Shown in pieces: positions 29,436-41,300 of a stretch of DNA of 64,000 nucleotides; position 1 is the stretch's first letter, and every line of letters begins with the position of its first letter. The notes under the pieces were generated by a model. The model saw nothing but the letters and a program-made list of their open reading frames with translations. It made no database searches and was not told where the DNA came from. Made by a program: the position numbers and the translations under genes. Source of the DNA: Fonticula alba ATCC 38817 (lineage: Eukaryota > Protista > Nucleariida); the NCBI GenBank assembly GCA_000388065.2, contig KB932201.1; one strand, written 5' to 3'.

Positions 29436-30889
29436 TTACATGTCGTAGGGGGTGCGGAGGAGGCGGTTGGGGGAACCGTTGACGTTGGAGATGACACCGT
29501 TGGTGGCATCGGCGACGATCTTGTTGAAGAGGGTGGCCGGGGCCATGGAGCCCTCGCGAGAGAGGATGAGAGCGGCAGCACCGGAAACGTGGGGGCAAGC
29601 CATGGAGGTACCGGAGATGGTGTTGGTGGCGGTGGAAGAACCGATCCAGGCGGAGGTGATGGAAACACCAGGGGCGAAGATGTCGGTGCAAGAGCCGTAG
29701 TTGGAGAAGGAGGCGCGCCAGTCGCTGCGGTCGGAGGCGTTGACGGTGAAGGCGAAGGGAGAGCGAGCCGGGGAGTAGTTGCAGGCATCGGCGTTGGAGT
29801 TACCGGAGGCAACAATGACGGCGAGACCCTGCTTGGTGGCGGCCTCGACGGCGTCGTCGATGACCAGGGAGGCACCACCACCGAGGGACATGGAGGCGAC
29901 GGAGCGCTTGTGGGCGCTGGCGGCGTGCTGCTGGGCGGACCAGGAGACACCGGCGGCGACGTTGGACAGGGAGCCGGAGCCGAGGGCGCCGAGGACCTTG
30001 ACACCAATCAGGTTGGCCTTCTTGGCAACACCCCAGGTGGTACCACCTATCGGAAGCGCGGAGGGGCGGGGGAGACAAGCAGATGCATGGTGAGAACAGG
30101 GAAAAAGCAAGCGTAGGGAGAGGGGGAAAGAGGGGGAAAGAGGGAGAAAGAGAGGGAAAGAGAGGGAAAGAGAGGGAAAGAGAGGGAAAGAGAGGGAAAG
30201 AGAGAAGACGCCAGGCCGGAGAGGGGAGGGGGAGAGGGGCGGGCGACAAGCGGGATAAGGAGGAGGAGGAGGAGGAGGGGGAGGCACGCACCGATGGTAC
30301 CGGCACAGTGAGTACCGTGACCGTTGTCATCGTTGGCGTTGGGGGTGCCGCTGTGGAAGTTGTAGCCGGAGGAGGAGCGGCCACCGAAGTCGGTGTGGCC
30401 GTTGTTGATACCGGTGTCGACGACGTAGACGTCGACGCCAGCACCGGCGGTGGTGTGGTAGTTGTACTTGGAGTCCAGGGGCAGGTTGGTCTGGTCGACA
30501 CGGTCAATACCCCAGGTGGCGTTGGGCTGGGTGGTGAAGGCATCAGCGCGGACGATGGAGTCCTGCTCGACGTAGTCGACGATGTCGGTGCGGGCGCGGA
30601 TCTGCTCGAGGGCCTCCTCGTCGAGGTAGGCGGCGAGGGCCTTGAAGCGGCGGCCGATGTTCATGAAGCGCATGGAAGCGTCCTTCTCCAGACCCATGGA
30701 GCGAGAGAAGAAGCGGGCCTCGGCGACGGAGACATCGGGGCGGAAGACGACGATGTACTGGTTGGGGATCAGCTCGTCGGCATCGGCGACCAGGGGGGCG
30801 TAGCCGTTGCGGGCGTTGGCCAGGGGGGCAGCCGAGGCGACGGCGGCCATCATGAGGGTGGCGAAAGCGGCGAGGACGAGGGCACGCAT
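29436..30889 (-). CDS. Secreted subtilisin-like serine protease (S8A, proteinase K/aqualysin type) with I9 propeptide
   Basis: Two exons (30889-30292 and 30046-29436). There is a signal peptide MRALVLAAFATLMMAAVASA, a propeptide (YIVVF...YVEQD) and catalytic motifs VDTG, GHGTHCAGT and SGTSMACPHV, plus the oxyanion VASGN. Confidence 0.96.
30121..30200. repeat. 10-bp tandem repeat (AGAGGGAAAG-like) x8 in subtilase intron
   Basis: Read directly. Confidence 0.9.
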
Positions 30890-33800
30890 GGTTGCTAGAT
30901 GAATTGTCTGGGTGTGGACGGGGGCGGGGCGGGGCGGGGCGGGGAGGCGGACGGGTAAGTACAAAGCGAAGAGGCGAGGCGAAGGAGGGGGGGGCGGAGA
31001 CAGGGAGAGAGGGGAGGGAGGAAAGCGCACAACTTGTTTGGGTCAAAGGAAAACACAAAAAAGTACGGTAGCCAGCTGTGGAGGTCCTTCGGCGCGGTGC
31101 ACACTGCCTTTTAGAGGGGGCGGAAGCGTGGCTTGGGGTGGGGCTTTCCTGCCCCCCGGCCCCCCCCCCCCCCCCCCCCCTGCACATACACGCAAACACA
31201 GCGAGATACTGGCAGACACACATCCCTCGCGCACCTTGATGTGCTCTCGACGAGGCCAGTCATCGCCCAGGACTCGGAGGCTCACGCCACGACCACGCAG
31301 CCAGGGATGAAAGCCGCTGCAATCACCATCAGACTCACGCGGTGGCCAACACGGACCCGGCCCGCAGGCGGGCAGACGAAAGGGGCGCGCCGGCACATGC
31401 ACTCCGAGGAAGGGGGGGCCTCGCCCCCCGCCCCCTAGCAGCGGGACTGGAAGACCATGCGCGCGGGCCAGGGCGAGGCTCAGACAAGATAACCGGCTCG
31501 GACACTTGGAAACACAATAACCCGGGGGACCCAGACTACACCGGGGACCTGCATGCCGCCCGGGCTTCTTGGGTCCGGGAGGACGAAATGGACCAGAGGG
31601 GAAAAAGCAGCCCCACGCCTGGACGCCGCCCCCGTTCCCGCCCCCCCCCCCCCGGGGGGGGGTGGGCACAATATGTACACAGCCCCAGCGGGCAGGTGCG
31701 ACTTGCGTTCCGCCGGGGGCGTGCTTCCCAGGCGACTCTGAAACAGGGCCGACAACGGCGGGCCGCCCCCCCGGCCGGCAAAAGAAAAACAAACACCTCA
31801 GAAGAGTATGCGACCCCCCTGAGCGGGTATGCACTTGCACGCATGTGTGCACCACACAAGGGCCCTTCTAACCGGCGTGGCCGAGGGGGACAACAGGGAC
31901 TGACACAGGAGTGACCACTGCCAGACACTTGACCGGCTGGCGAGCCGGCGGAAGAGGCCGGGAGCTGCGCTCCGGAGGCCCTTGCCGCTGGCCCGGGCCA
32001 AGGGAGAAGGGCACTCCACGGTCGTTGGCGCAACGGCCGCCCAACTCGCAGCGGGGGGGGGGGGGAGTCCGGGCGCGGGCCAGGGCGTACGTAATCCGCC
32101 CCTCCAACTACGGACCAAATAATGTGAAACTTCTCGGGCGAGCGAACGTCGAAAACGGGAATGTAATGAAGCCTCGCCCGGAGGACGGCCTCTCAATTAG
32201 GCGCGTCCATCCAGGCAAGTGCTCTGAATAAAGAAGAGAGGCCGGGACCACCCCGGCGGGGCCGGCGGCCGGGGGGAGGGGGGGGGGAGGGGGCGGTGGC
32301 GCTAACAGGGGCCGCCGACCCGGGTGAAATGCTTGGTGGCAGGGCGCGGGCGTGCCCGGGGGGGGGGGGGGCCGGGGCGCCTGGTATTATGGTTTCGTGG
32401 ACCCCGCCAGAGATGCGGGTGTGCTCCCAAACGAGCCCGTTAAGAATGCACGGGTATCGGATCAGTGGACCGCGGGCGCAGGCTGGACGGGCGGACGGAC
32501 GGACGGACGGACGGACGAATCCCCGACTGAGTCCGCCCCGCGCCGCCCCCTGGCGGCTGCTTTCACACCTCCGGGCGTCACAGCACCACGCCGAGGGCCG
32601 AGGGCACACGCGAAAGCATGGGACTAGAATGCTCGTTTGTTCCGGCCAAGGGGGCGGGAGGGCGGGGGGGCAAAGGTGTCACCAAAAACTCTATATTTGC
32701 CCCATTATTATTGAGCGCTTCGGGGCCGAACTTGCTTGCCGCCTGCCGCCTGCCGCGAGACGGTCACTTCCTTGCAACCGGGGGCATGGGGAAGCCCGGG
32801 CCTTGGCAAGGGGCAGGCCCCGCTTCTCCCGAGCAAGGGGCGAGTCAGTGTGTTGGCCGCAACATGGCCTGGCGCGCCAGCGCGGATACCCCGAGTTTTT
32901 TTTTTCGGCAGCTCGTGTGACCGCCCTCTCGCCCCCCCCCCCCCGGGTCCGGCAGGGGCTGGAGGGCCGTCCCAGGAGGGCGGGAGGGGGGGGGGCAAGC
33001 AAGGGAGATACCACCAGGATGCTTACCGGCCTTCCCGTGCGGAGAGGCTCTCTCCTCACCAAGGCAACTCCCGCGAGAAAGGGGCAGGGACCAAGGAATA
33101 CCCCCCACCTGACTGCCGCCCGGGTCGCGGCTCGGCTCCCCCGCAGCCCCATGGGTTGCCCGCTGGGCCGAGGCCGAGTCCAGGGCACCGGCCGTCCCCG
33201 AGTCCGGGCCCTGTTGCAAGCGGCTTTTGCTCCCTCCACCCTCGCCCCCCCCCCCCCCCNNNNNNNNNNNNNNNNNNNNNNNNNNNNNNNNNNNNNNNNN
33301 NNNNNNNNNNNNNNNNNNNNNNNNNNNNNNNNNNNNNNNNNNNNNNNNNNNNNNNNNNNNNNNNNNNNNNNNNNNNNNNNNNNNNNNNNNNNNNNNNNNN
33401 NNNNNNNNNNNNNNNNNNNNNNNNNNNNNNNNNNNNNNNNNNNNNNNNNNNNNNNNNNNNNNNNNNNNNNNNNNNNNNNNNNNNNNNNNNNNNNNNNNNC
33501 CCCTGCCCCTGCCCCCCCCCCGGCCCTCTCGGCTGCGGGGAGATTGGATCTCGCAGCCGATTCAGCCGGTCCCTGCCCGTCCTGGGGGGTGGTCAGCCGG
33601 CACTCCCAGCCCCAGGCAGCCTCTCCGGGAAAAAAACGCCTTTCCTCGCGAGGCTGACGCACGGCAGGGCGCTCGCCCCGCCGGGACCCGAGTCCACCGC
33701 TCGATCCCTGTCTCCGAGGGCAGTGGCAGCCGAGGCCAGGGCGGGGGGGAGGGAGGTTCCTCGCAGCAGGAGTAGGGAGCGCGCCGGGGCCGGCGCATCG

Positions 33801-35385
33801 CCGAGAGCCTGGCAGGTCGCGCCGGGCGCCCTCCGCCCGCATTCGAGCGGGGCAAGTCTCGCCGCCGGAGCCTGGACGCCGGGCTCGGCGGGGGGGGAGG
33901 GGGGGCGGCCGATGTCGTCCCCGGCCTGGCCCCTGCCCGGCGCCCCACTTCCCCCGGGCACAAAAACGCCCGCCGCAGGGCTGGGAAAAACGGGCCGAGA
34001 CAGGCAGCCCACGCAGACAGATTCGTCCGCGCCCCCTTGTAGGCCCCCGGGCGTGCCCACACCCATAAGCCGCCTGCACAACAGACGCACGCAGAGGGAG
34101 AGACGGAGAGCGAGAGAGGCGGAGGGACTGCCAGAGGTATGCCCTGCCCTGCCCTGCGGGAGCAGGCCACGATAAACCCCATTCTCCGGGGCACGAGACA
34201 TGCCCCGAATGTGACTTCAGAATGTCGTTCGGGGGATCTACTCGGCGCTGTAGAATCATCAAAAGCTCCTTTCGGAGACCATTCCCCGTGTGTGTGTGTG
34301 TGTGTCCGGTGGGGGCGCCGACCATACGCACACACACACACACCATGTCCCAGGCCCCTCCAGCCTGGGGGGAATAATTCGCTCGGCACTGAGGTGGGCC
34401 TGGTGGCGGGCAGCCCGTGCGATCTTCCAGGGACCACCCTCTTTGTGTCTCCAGCGGGGGAAGGCCCGTCCGTCCCGCCGCCACCGGGGGCCCAACCGGA
34501 CGCCCGGCAGCCGATCCCCCTTCCCTTGCCCAGCTCCCTCCTGGGCGCGATTTTCTTTCGGACATCTCCCGGGCAGCATCACCGGCTGGCATGCGGGGGG
34601 CGCGGGGGCCTCCCGGACCGGTGCCCCGCCACTGGGAATCGTACGATGTTACGCCAACCCCGCGGGTCCTCAGACCAGCCACCGGGTCGCTATGTGCAGC
34701 CTCCCCCCGGCCCCGAGCGTGCTCATTTTCCGGGCCTTCACAAGGGGGCGAGGTCGGCCGCGCCCCAGATCCGGTCGGGGGCCCTGGCGGGAGGGGGAGG
34801 CAGGCTTGTCGGCGTGCGTGTGCGATTTACATGTCCCCCGCGCGCCCTGGCGCGGCTGGCCTCGGCGGAAAAATCAGGCCACCCAACCGGGGCGAAGCCG
34901 GCTCCGGGGAGGGCGGGGCGGGGCGGGGCGGGGCGGGGAGGGTCGCGGCTCCTGTCGGTGGGCGTTTTGGTCCTGTGTTCCCGTGCCCGCGGGCCGGGAA
35001 CAGAGAGCGCCCTGCCGCCGGGCTGTTCGAACATGCACGAACGCGTGCAGACCAGGACCGCCGACAGCCGGCCCGATCATCGGTCAGTCGGCGTGCCCGC
35101 CCGGGTGGACTGGGCATGGCCTGAGGGGTAGCGGGCCCCAGTTCCCGGCCAGGGATGTGAGCGGAGGCCGGGACACCCTGGGGCTCGCCCGTTTGCCTGC
35201 CTGTGCCGTCGGCCTGCCTTACACACGGCCAGGACTTTCGGGTTGTTGATCAGCCCATCTTTGATCTCCCCTCGCCCGGCCTGTTCCTCCTCCCCCCCCC
35301 CCTTGGAGGGTAAGGGGGAGAGATCGAGATCTGCCCCGTCCCCTCGCGGGCTTTCGCCCGATCGCGCTGCCCCCGACAGGGCCCG

Positions 35386-38300
35386 ATGGATCTCTCCCCT
35401 CCTGCTCTGCACTTCGGACCTGGCCCTTTGCCCCCCCCCCTCTGCCGCCCCCCCTCCGCCCTCCCGGACAGCGGCCCGGACGGCCCTTTTCACGGGGTTC
35501 CCTGTCCGATGCACCCTGCCTTGGCACCACCTCCCTTCTTTCACCCCCCCACCCCCTCCTTCACTCCTCGACTCCCCATCCTTTCCTTCTCCCTCTCCTT
35601 TCTCCCCCCCCCCCCTTCCCCAGCTTCCCCACCCCGCCCGCCTTTGGCCCCGGTTTGCCCCGGGTGCTCTTGTTGCCGGGCCCCATCGCCAACTCCCCCT
35701 CCCCACCCACCGCACGGCGGGGTCCAGCCGCAGTTTGCGCTTCGGCTTCCTCCTCCCCTTTTGCCCCCCCCCCCCCCCACCCAAACTACCACCAAATCAA
35801 ACGCAAAAAAAGCCAACACCGGGTTCCCTTCACACCGCTCGGGCGAGCCCGAGGCCAAGTTTCCCCCGGCCCCGGGCGACGAGCTCCCCGGTCGTGGGAC
35901 CCATTTCCCGCCGGCCGACGGCGCGGGCTACTTCGCCACCGGTGGCGGTCTGCCGGTGGCTGAGCCGCCCGGAGGACATCTTGACTTCCCGGAGATGATC
36001 CTCCCCAATGGGGCCTTTGATATGAGCCACGGCACGCCGGTGCTGCTGTTCAGCCCGGCGGACCCGCTGGCCGGGCACCGGCTTTCCAATACGTCCTCCT
36101 CCGCGGCATTGGCCGTTGCGGTGGCCGCCGCCACCGAGGCCGGGTATCTGACACACGCCCCTGGCGGCCCGCCCGGCGGCCGTGGGCCCTATGTCCGCCC
36201 CGGAGCGGAGGGCCCTTTCCATGACTTCCCCCCGCAGCATCCCGGCCACCACCATGCGCATCTTCCACATCACCATGCACAGTCGCAGCCCCATGCCTCC
36301 GGCCACCACCACCACCACCACCATCACCACCACCACCCACCGCCGATGGACATGGGCTCCTCGCGCGCGGGTGTCCCACGGCCGGCCTTTGCCGCCCTGC
36401 CCGTGGATCTGGCTTCCGGCGCTCCTCCACCCGGCCAGTCGGGCATGTATGGGCTGGCCGCCACGCCGCCATCCTCCGGGCGAGCTTCCTCCTCGTCACC
36501 TGCCACCATGGCCTCGGATTCGGACACCGGCCTCAGCAGTGACGAGTTCCCGGCCGCCAGCTTCGGCACATCCTACACCGGCGCCCCTCAGCCGGAAAAG
36601 CACCTCCTGTCAATGCCACCCAGCTCGGCTGTCGGCCATGACGAGCATCACAGCCATCCGGGAGTCGGGCTCCCCCCGCAGGCGGGCTACCCACCATCCG
36701 TGCAGTATGCGCAGCCCCGGCACCAGCAGCATCCGCATTTCCCCCCCGGCCCGGCATCCTACCCCGACCGAGGTCCCCATCAGCAGCTGCACCCGCCGCA
36801 CCCTCCCACCTACCAGGGCTCCTATCAGTCGGGCATGGCCTCGAGCGGGCAACTTCACCACGGCGCCCCGTATCACGCCCACCATCCCCATCCCCACTCC
36901 CATCCCCACTCCCAGCACCATCCCCACCATCACCAGCAGCAGCCCCAGTCGCACTTGCATTCGCAGCCACTGCCACCGCCACAGCAGCAGCAGCAGCAGC
37001 AGCCGCACCCCTATGACCATGATCGGTCGGCGCATGTCCCCTTCCCTCCAGGGGCGTCTGGGGCTCCCAGCGGCCCGGGCAGTGCCGCATCTTTGCACCA
37101 TCAGCCCAGTGACCTCGACGCCTTTGCCGGGGTGGATCACTTTTTCCGCCTGACACATCACCAGGATCCCCATGCGGGGCCTGGCAGCGGGCATGGGAGC
37201 TTTGTGTCGGGCTCGACCGCCGGTCCCGGAGCCGCTCTCGATGTCTCTTCCTCGCCGGATACAACGCACTTCGGCTCGACTTCCTCCTTTTCCGAAGGGT
37301 CCGACCCTCGGTATCCGAGCGCTTCGCCTCCCCGTGGGCCGGACTTCGGTGCCCACCATCCCCCCTCCCACCACCATGCGCATCACCAATCTCCGCATGG
37401 GACGATGTCGACACCGGCGGCAACACACCTGGACCAGCCTCTGCCCTTCGTCGGCCCGACGGAGCTCACCACCTCGCATGGTCCCAAGCATCTGGCCATC
37501 GGGGCAAGTGCGCCGGTGGCTCGCCACTCGACCGAAGATGTGCAGCAGTTTTTCACCGACGACCCGTCTTCCAGCGAGGTGGAGCCCGCGGCCACGGTGC
37601 CAGGGGTTTCCGCTGCCCCGGCACCCAATCCCTTCCCGGCCCCGGTGGCGGTGCTCACCACCGGCGTTGGTACTTCCGCCCCCGTGGCCCCGGTGGCGAC
37701 CCTGGCGCCGCCAATCGAGCCGACTCGGCAGCGCTCCCTCTCCTCTTCGCCTCCGGCCACCGCGGTCCCGACGGCCCCGACGACGGCCCCGACGGCCCGG
37801 CAGCGTTCTTCCTCTCAACGAGCGCCATCGCCAACGGCCACCTCCGGTCCCAAGGCCGACCCGGTGCTCGCCCCGGCCGATGAAGTGGCCGCGGTGACCG
37901 CCGCGGCCAAGGCCGCTGTTGCGTCGGCGAGCGCGGCAGCGGCCAAGGCCGCATCCATGGCATCGGGGTCTGCCCCGACAGCCGGGGGGGCTCGTGCTGG
38001 TGGCCCTTCGGCCTCCGGCAGCCGTGCCTCCCCTCCGGGCGACGAGTCCGATGATGAGCCTGCCGCGCGGGATGCCTCACGCACGGCCAAGAAGTCCGCC
38101 CACAACATCATCGAGCGTCGGTACCGGCTAAACATCAATGAGAAGATCTCCGACCTGCGGGATTTGCTGCCCCTCTTTCCGCCGGCGGCGGCCGGGTCCT
38201 CGCTGTCCTTGAGCCCGGCCACCCTGGACCAGCTTGGCGCCCGGGGGCCTTCGCCCAATCCCGACGCCATTGGTGTCACTGTGGAGAAGATGAACAAGGG

Positions 38301-41300
38301 CAAGGTCCTGAAACGTGCCACGGACTACATTCTCCTGCTGCAGGCCCAGCTGGCTGCCTTGCGGGCGGAAAATGCCCGGCTACGGGATGTGGCCCTGTCG
38401 GTGCCCGGTGGGGCTGGTGCCGCGGCCCGGGTGCCACCCACTCCCTTGGTGATCACCCTGGAATTGTTGGATGCCGCGTCTACCGGGCATTTGGATTTGA
38501 CAAATCTCACCCTCTTGGATCGGCCCTTGAGCCCGGGGGCCGCGACGGGCAGTCGCGATGGGACCCCCTCCACCGGCATGGCTCCGGCCGGGGTCGCTGG
38601 CGGTGGGTCCGATGAGGATGACGAATCCGGGGCTCTGGCCTTGGCCGTCACGCGCGCCTCCTTCGCGACCGGGGCCCGTCGAGCCGGGGCCACCGACGAC
38701 TCGGATTCCGATCGCGAGGACGACGACGAGGAGGAGGACGAACCGGCCGCCCGGCGAGCCCCACGCGCGCGTGCCCCCACCGCCAAGCGTTCACGCAGTC
38801 GCAGCGCCTCGGTCTCCTCGACTCGGGGTCCGGTGGCGGTGGCGTCCACGTCAGCGGCCGGGACCGCCAAGCGTACACGCACGGGGGGGACTCCGGCGGC
38901 TGGCTCGGCGGCCGGAGCGCCTGCCATTGGTGCCGAGGCCACTCGCGTTGTGCTGATGTTCTCCTTTTCCATTCTCTTTGTCTTCCAGCCGTCCCTCCTG
39001 ACGGGCTGGCTCCAGGGAACGGCCACCGGCACCGGGGCCCCGACCGGCAGCGGTGTGGCAACTTCCCCGGGCCCCAATGCCGGGGCGGCTCTCCTGCCAG
39101 CGGGCATGGTCTTCGCGCCGATTGTCTCGCCGACAGCGGTCCCGCCGGCTGCTCAGCCCGCCGGCACTCCGGCGACGGGCACGGCGGCGGAAGCCGCGGC
39201 AGCCACCGGCACCCCGGTCTCGGCGGAGGCCGCGTCCGCCACGACCTGGATCCCCGCTGCCCCGGCACCGCCTCCCCCTGGGGCCTTCGCCCATGCGGCC
39301 CAGCCGGTTGGGCCCCCGCTGCCGACGGCCAGCCGGCCCCGGGCGAATATCTTGCTCCGGATTCTGGCTCGCGGGTCGGACTTGGTGGCCGCCGGATGGT
39401 GGATGATTGTCCGAGCCACGATTGCCTATGCGGCGGTGGTGCTCTTTGTGTCGATTGGCCATGCGGTGGCGGGCTTGGCACCGGCGCACGCGCCCGGCCG
39501 TGCGCTCGGTCGCGGTGGCCTGGTTCGGGCGCTGCGCCGCCGGGCTGGCAGTGTGGCCAAGCTCTTGGCTGTGAATGACATCCTGGGCATGGCCCCCCTG
39601 TCGGCCAATGCCGGGGGCAGTGCCGCCGGTTTGAGCAACCGCCTGTCCGATCAACTCTGGCAGTCGGCCGGCGGGGCGGATGCCCCGGGCCCGGCGGCCG
39701 GAGCCGCGCGTCTCCACCATGCCCGGGCGTTGGTGGCAGCGGCTGCCATCACCCCGGACCGGCAGCAGCAGCAGCAGCAGCAGCAGCGGTCTCCCGGCAC
39801 CGGTGATCGTCGGGTGCTGCTCTTGCATCGGGCTCGACTGGCCTTGCATGAAGCCCTGGCGCTCGCCGGGCGCCCGGAGCCCGGGTCCTTCGTGGACTCG
39901 GCGGCCTTGCTGGCTTGGGAGAGTCTCCGGCAGCTGGCACATGCCACGGTGCCGGGCGCCGCGTGGCTTGACCGTGAGCTGGCTCGGTGGTCGGTCGCCG
40001 GCCGGGCGGCCCTGCTGGTGCGTGCGGATGCCAGCCGCGCACTGGTTGAGTTGGACTTGGCCTTTGGCGGTGGCATCGGCCTGCCGGCTGGGGCTGCATT
40101 CGACCCGTGCAGCGCCTGCCTGACGGCCATCGGCGGCGACTTCAGTGTGGGCATCTCGGCAGCGACGACGGCCGCCGCGGAGGCTCTCTGCTCGCGGGAG
40201 GATTGCTCCTTGGCGGCGGCCGGGGTCCCGGTTCCGGGCATCCTGCCGCCTGGGGAGATCGCTCGCCGGCGGGTGGACCGCCTGCGCATGGCTTTGGCGG
40301 CGGTCAACGCCGCGGAGGCCTTGGCTCTGGCCCCGCGAGCCATGGGCGAGGTGTATACCATGGCCGGGATGGCCATGCATGCCAGTGTGCCTCCGCGGCT
40401 GCGGGTTCTGGCGCGATTCTTCCTGCGCCAGGCACGCGGCCAGTTGCTGCCGCTTCAGGCGCGTGCCGCGGCCGCATCGCCCTTTGCCACGAGTGTGGCT
40501 CCGGGCCCGGCGGCCGGCCTGGCGGCTCTCTGCGATTCGAGCCTCTCCCTGGCGTCGGTGGCCGCGCGCATTGGCTCCGAGCTGGCATGGCTGGCCGAGC
40601 CTCGTGCCCGGGCTCTCTTCTATGCTCATGCCACGGATGCTGTGGCCGCCGGGGCCCTGTCCACGCCGATCGCCCTGCCGTCTCTCATGGCGGATGCCAT
40701 CACGGCGCTGGTCGGGCCGCCGGGTGGTCCCTTTGCGGCCGACATGTCGACCCCGGGCAGTCGCAGTCCCAGCCCGATTCCCGGGGATATGGGTCCCGGC
40801 GGCCACTCGGCCGGTGGCGTTTTGGCCAGCACGGCCAGCGCCGCCGGGGCCATGCTTCCGGATGTGTGGCAATCCTTCGAGGCGCTGTGCGCGCCGGGGG
40901 TGCAAACTGCCTCGCCGGCGGCCCGGTTTGCGGCCCTCTGGCGTGGCCAGCGTCTGGCTGATCTGCTCTTCAGCCTGGCCTCGCGCACCGCCTCGGACCC
41001 GAGTTACCTGTCGCAGCTGCGTGTGGCCCTCGGGCCTCAGGCTGCCGATCCGTTGGCCATCGCCGAGCATGAGCTCGAGGAGCTGGCCTGGGCCGCGTGT
41101 TTGGTTCGCGATGCGGACTCCCTTCGGGCCGCCGCTCGTGGGGCGCATGATGGGATCACCTTCTCCTGGGCGACGGCCGCCCGGTCGGCCGGTGCCTTGG
41201 CCCTGGCTCGACTGGCTGGTCGTCACCCCCACCTGGTCTCGGTGGTGGGGGACCTGCGCGATGTGTCCCTCGATCCGGACGGGTCCTTGGGGCCGCTGCT

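Noticed and set aside
29436-30889. The subtilase next to SREBP as the SREBP Site-1 protease
   Set aside because: It is a small secreted proteinase-K-type S8A enzyme with an I9 propeptide and no TM anchor. S1P is a much larger membrane-anchored subtilase, so adjacency alone is not evidence.
31000-35385. Many 100-600 aa ORFs in the subtilase-SREBP spacer and in 42466-44854
   Set aside because: They are low-complexity Pro/Gly/Arg translations in all frames with no domain signal or splice-consistent structure.
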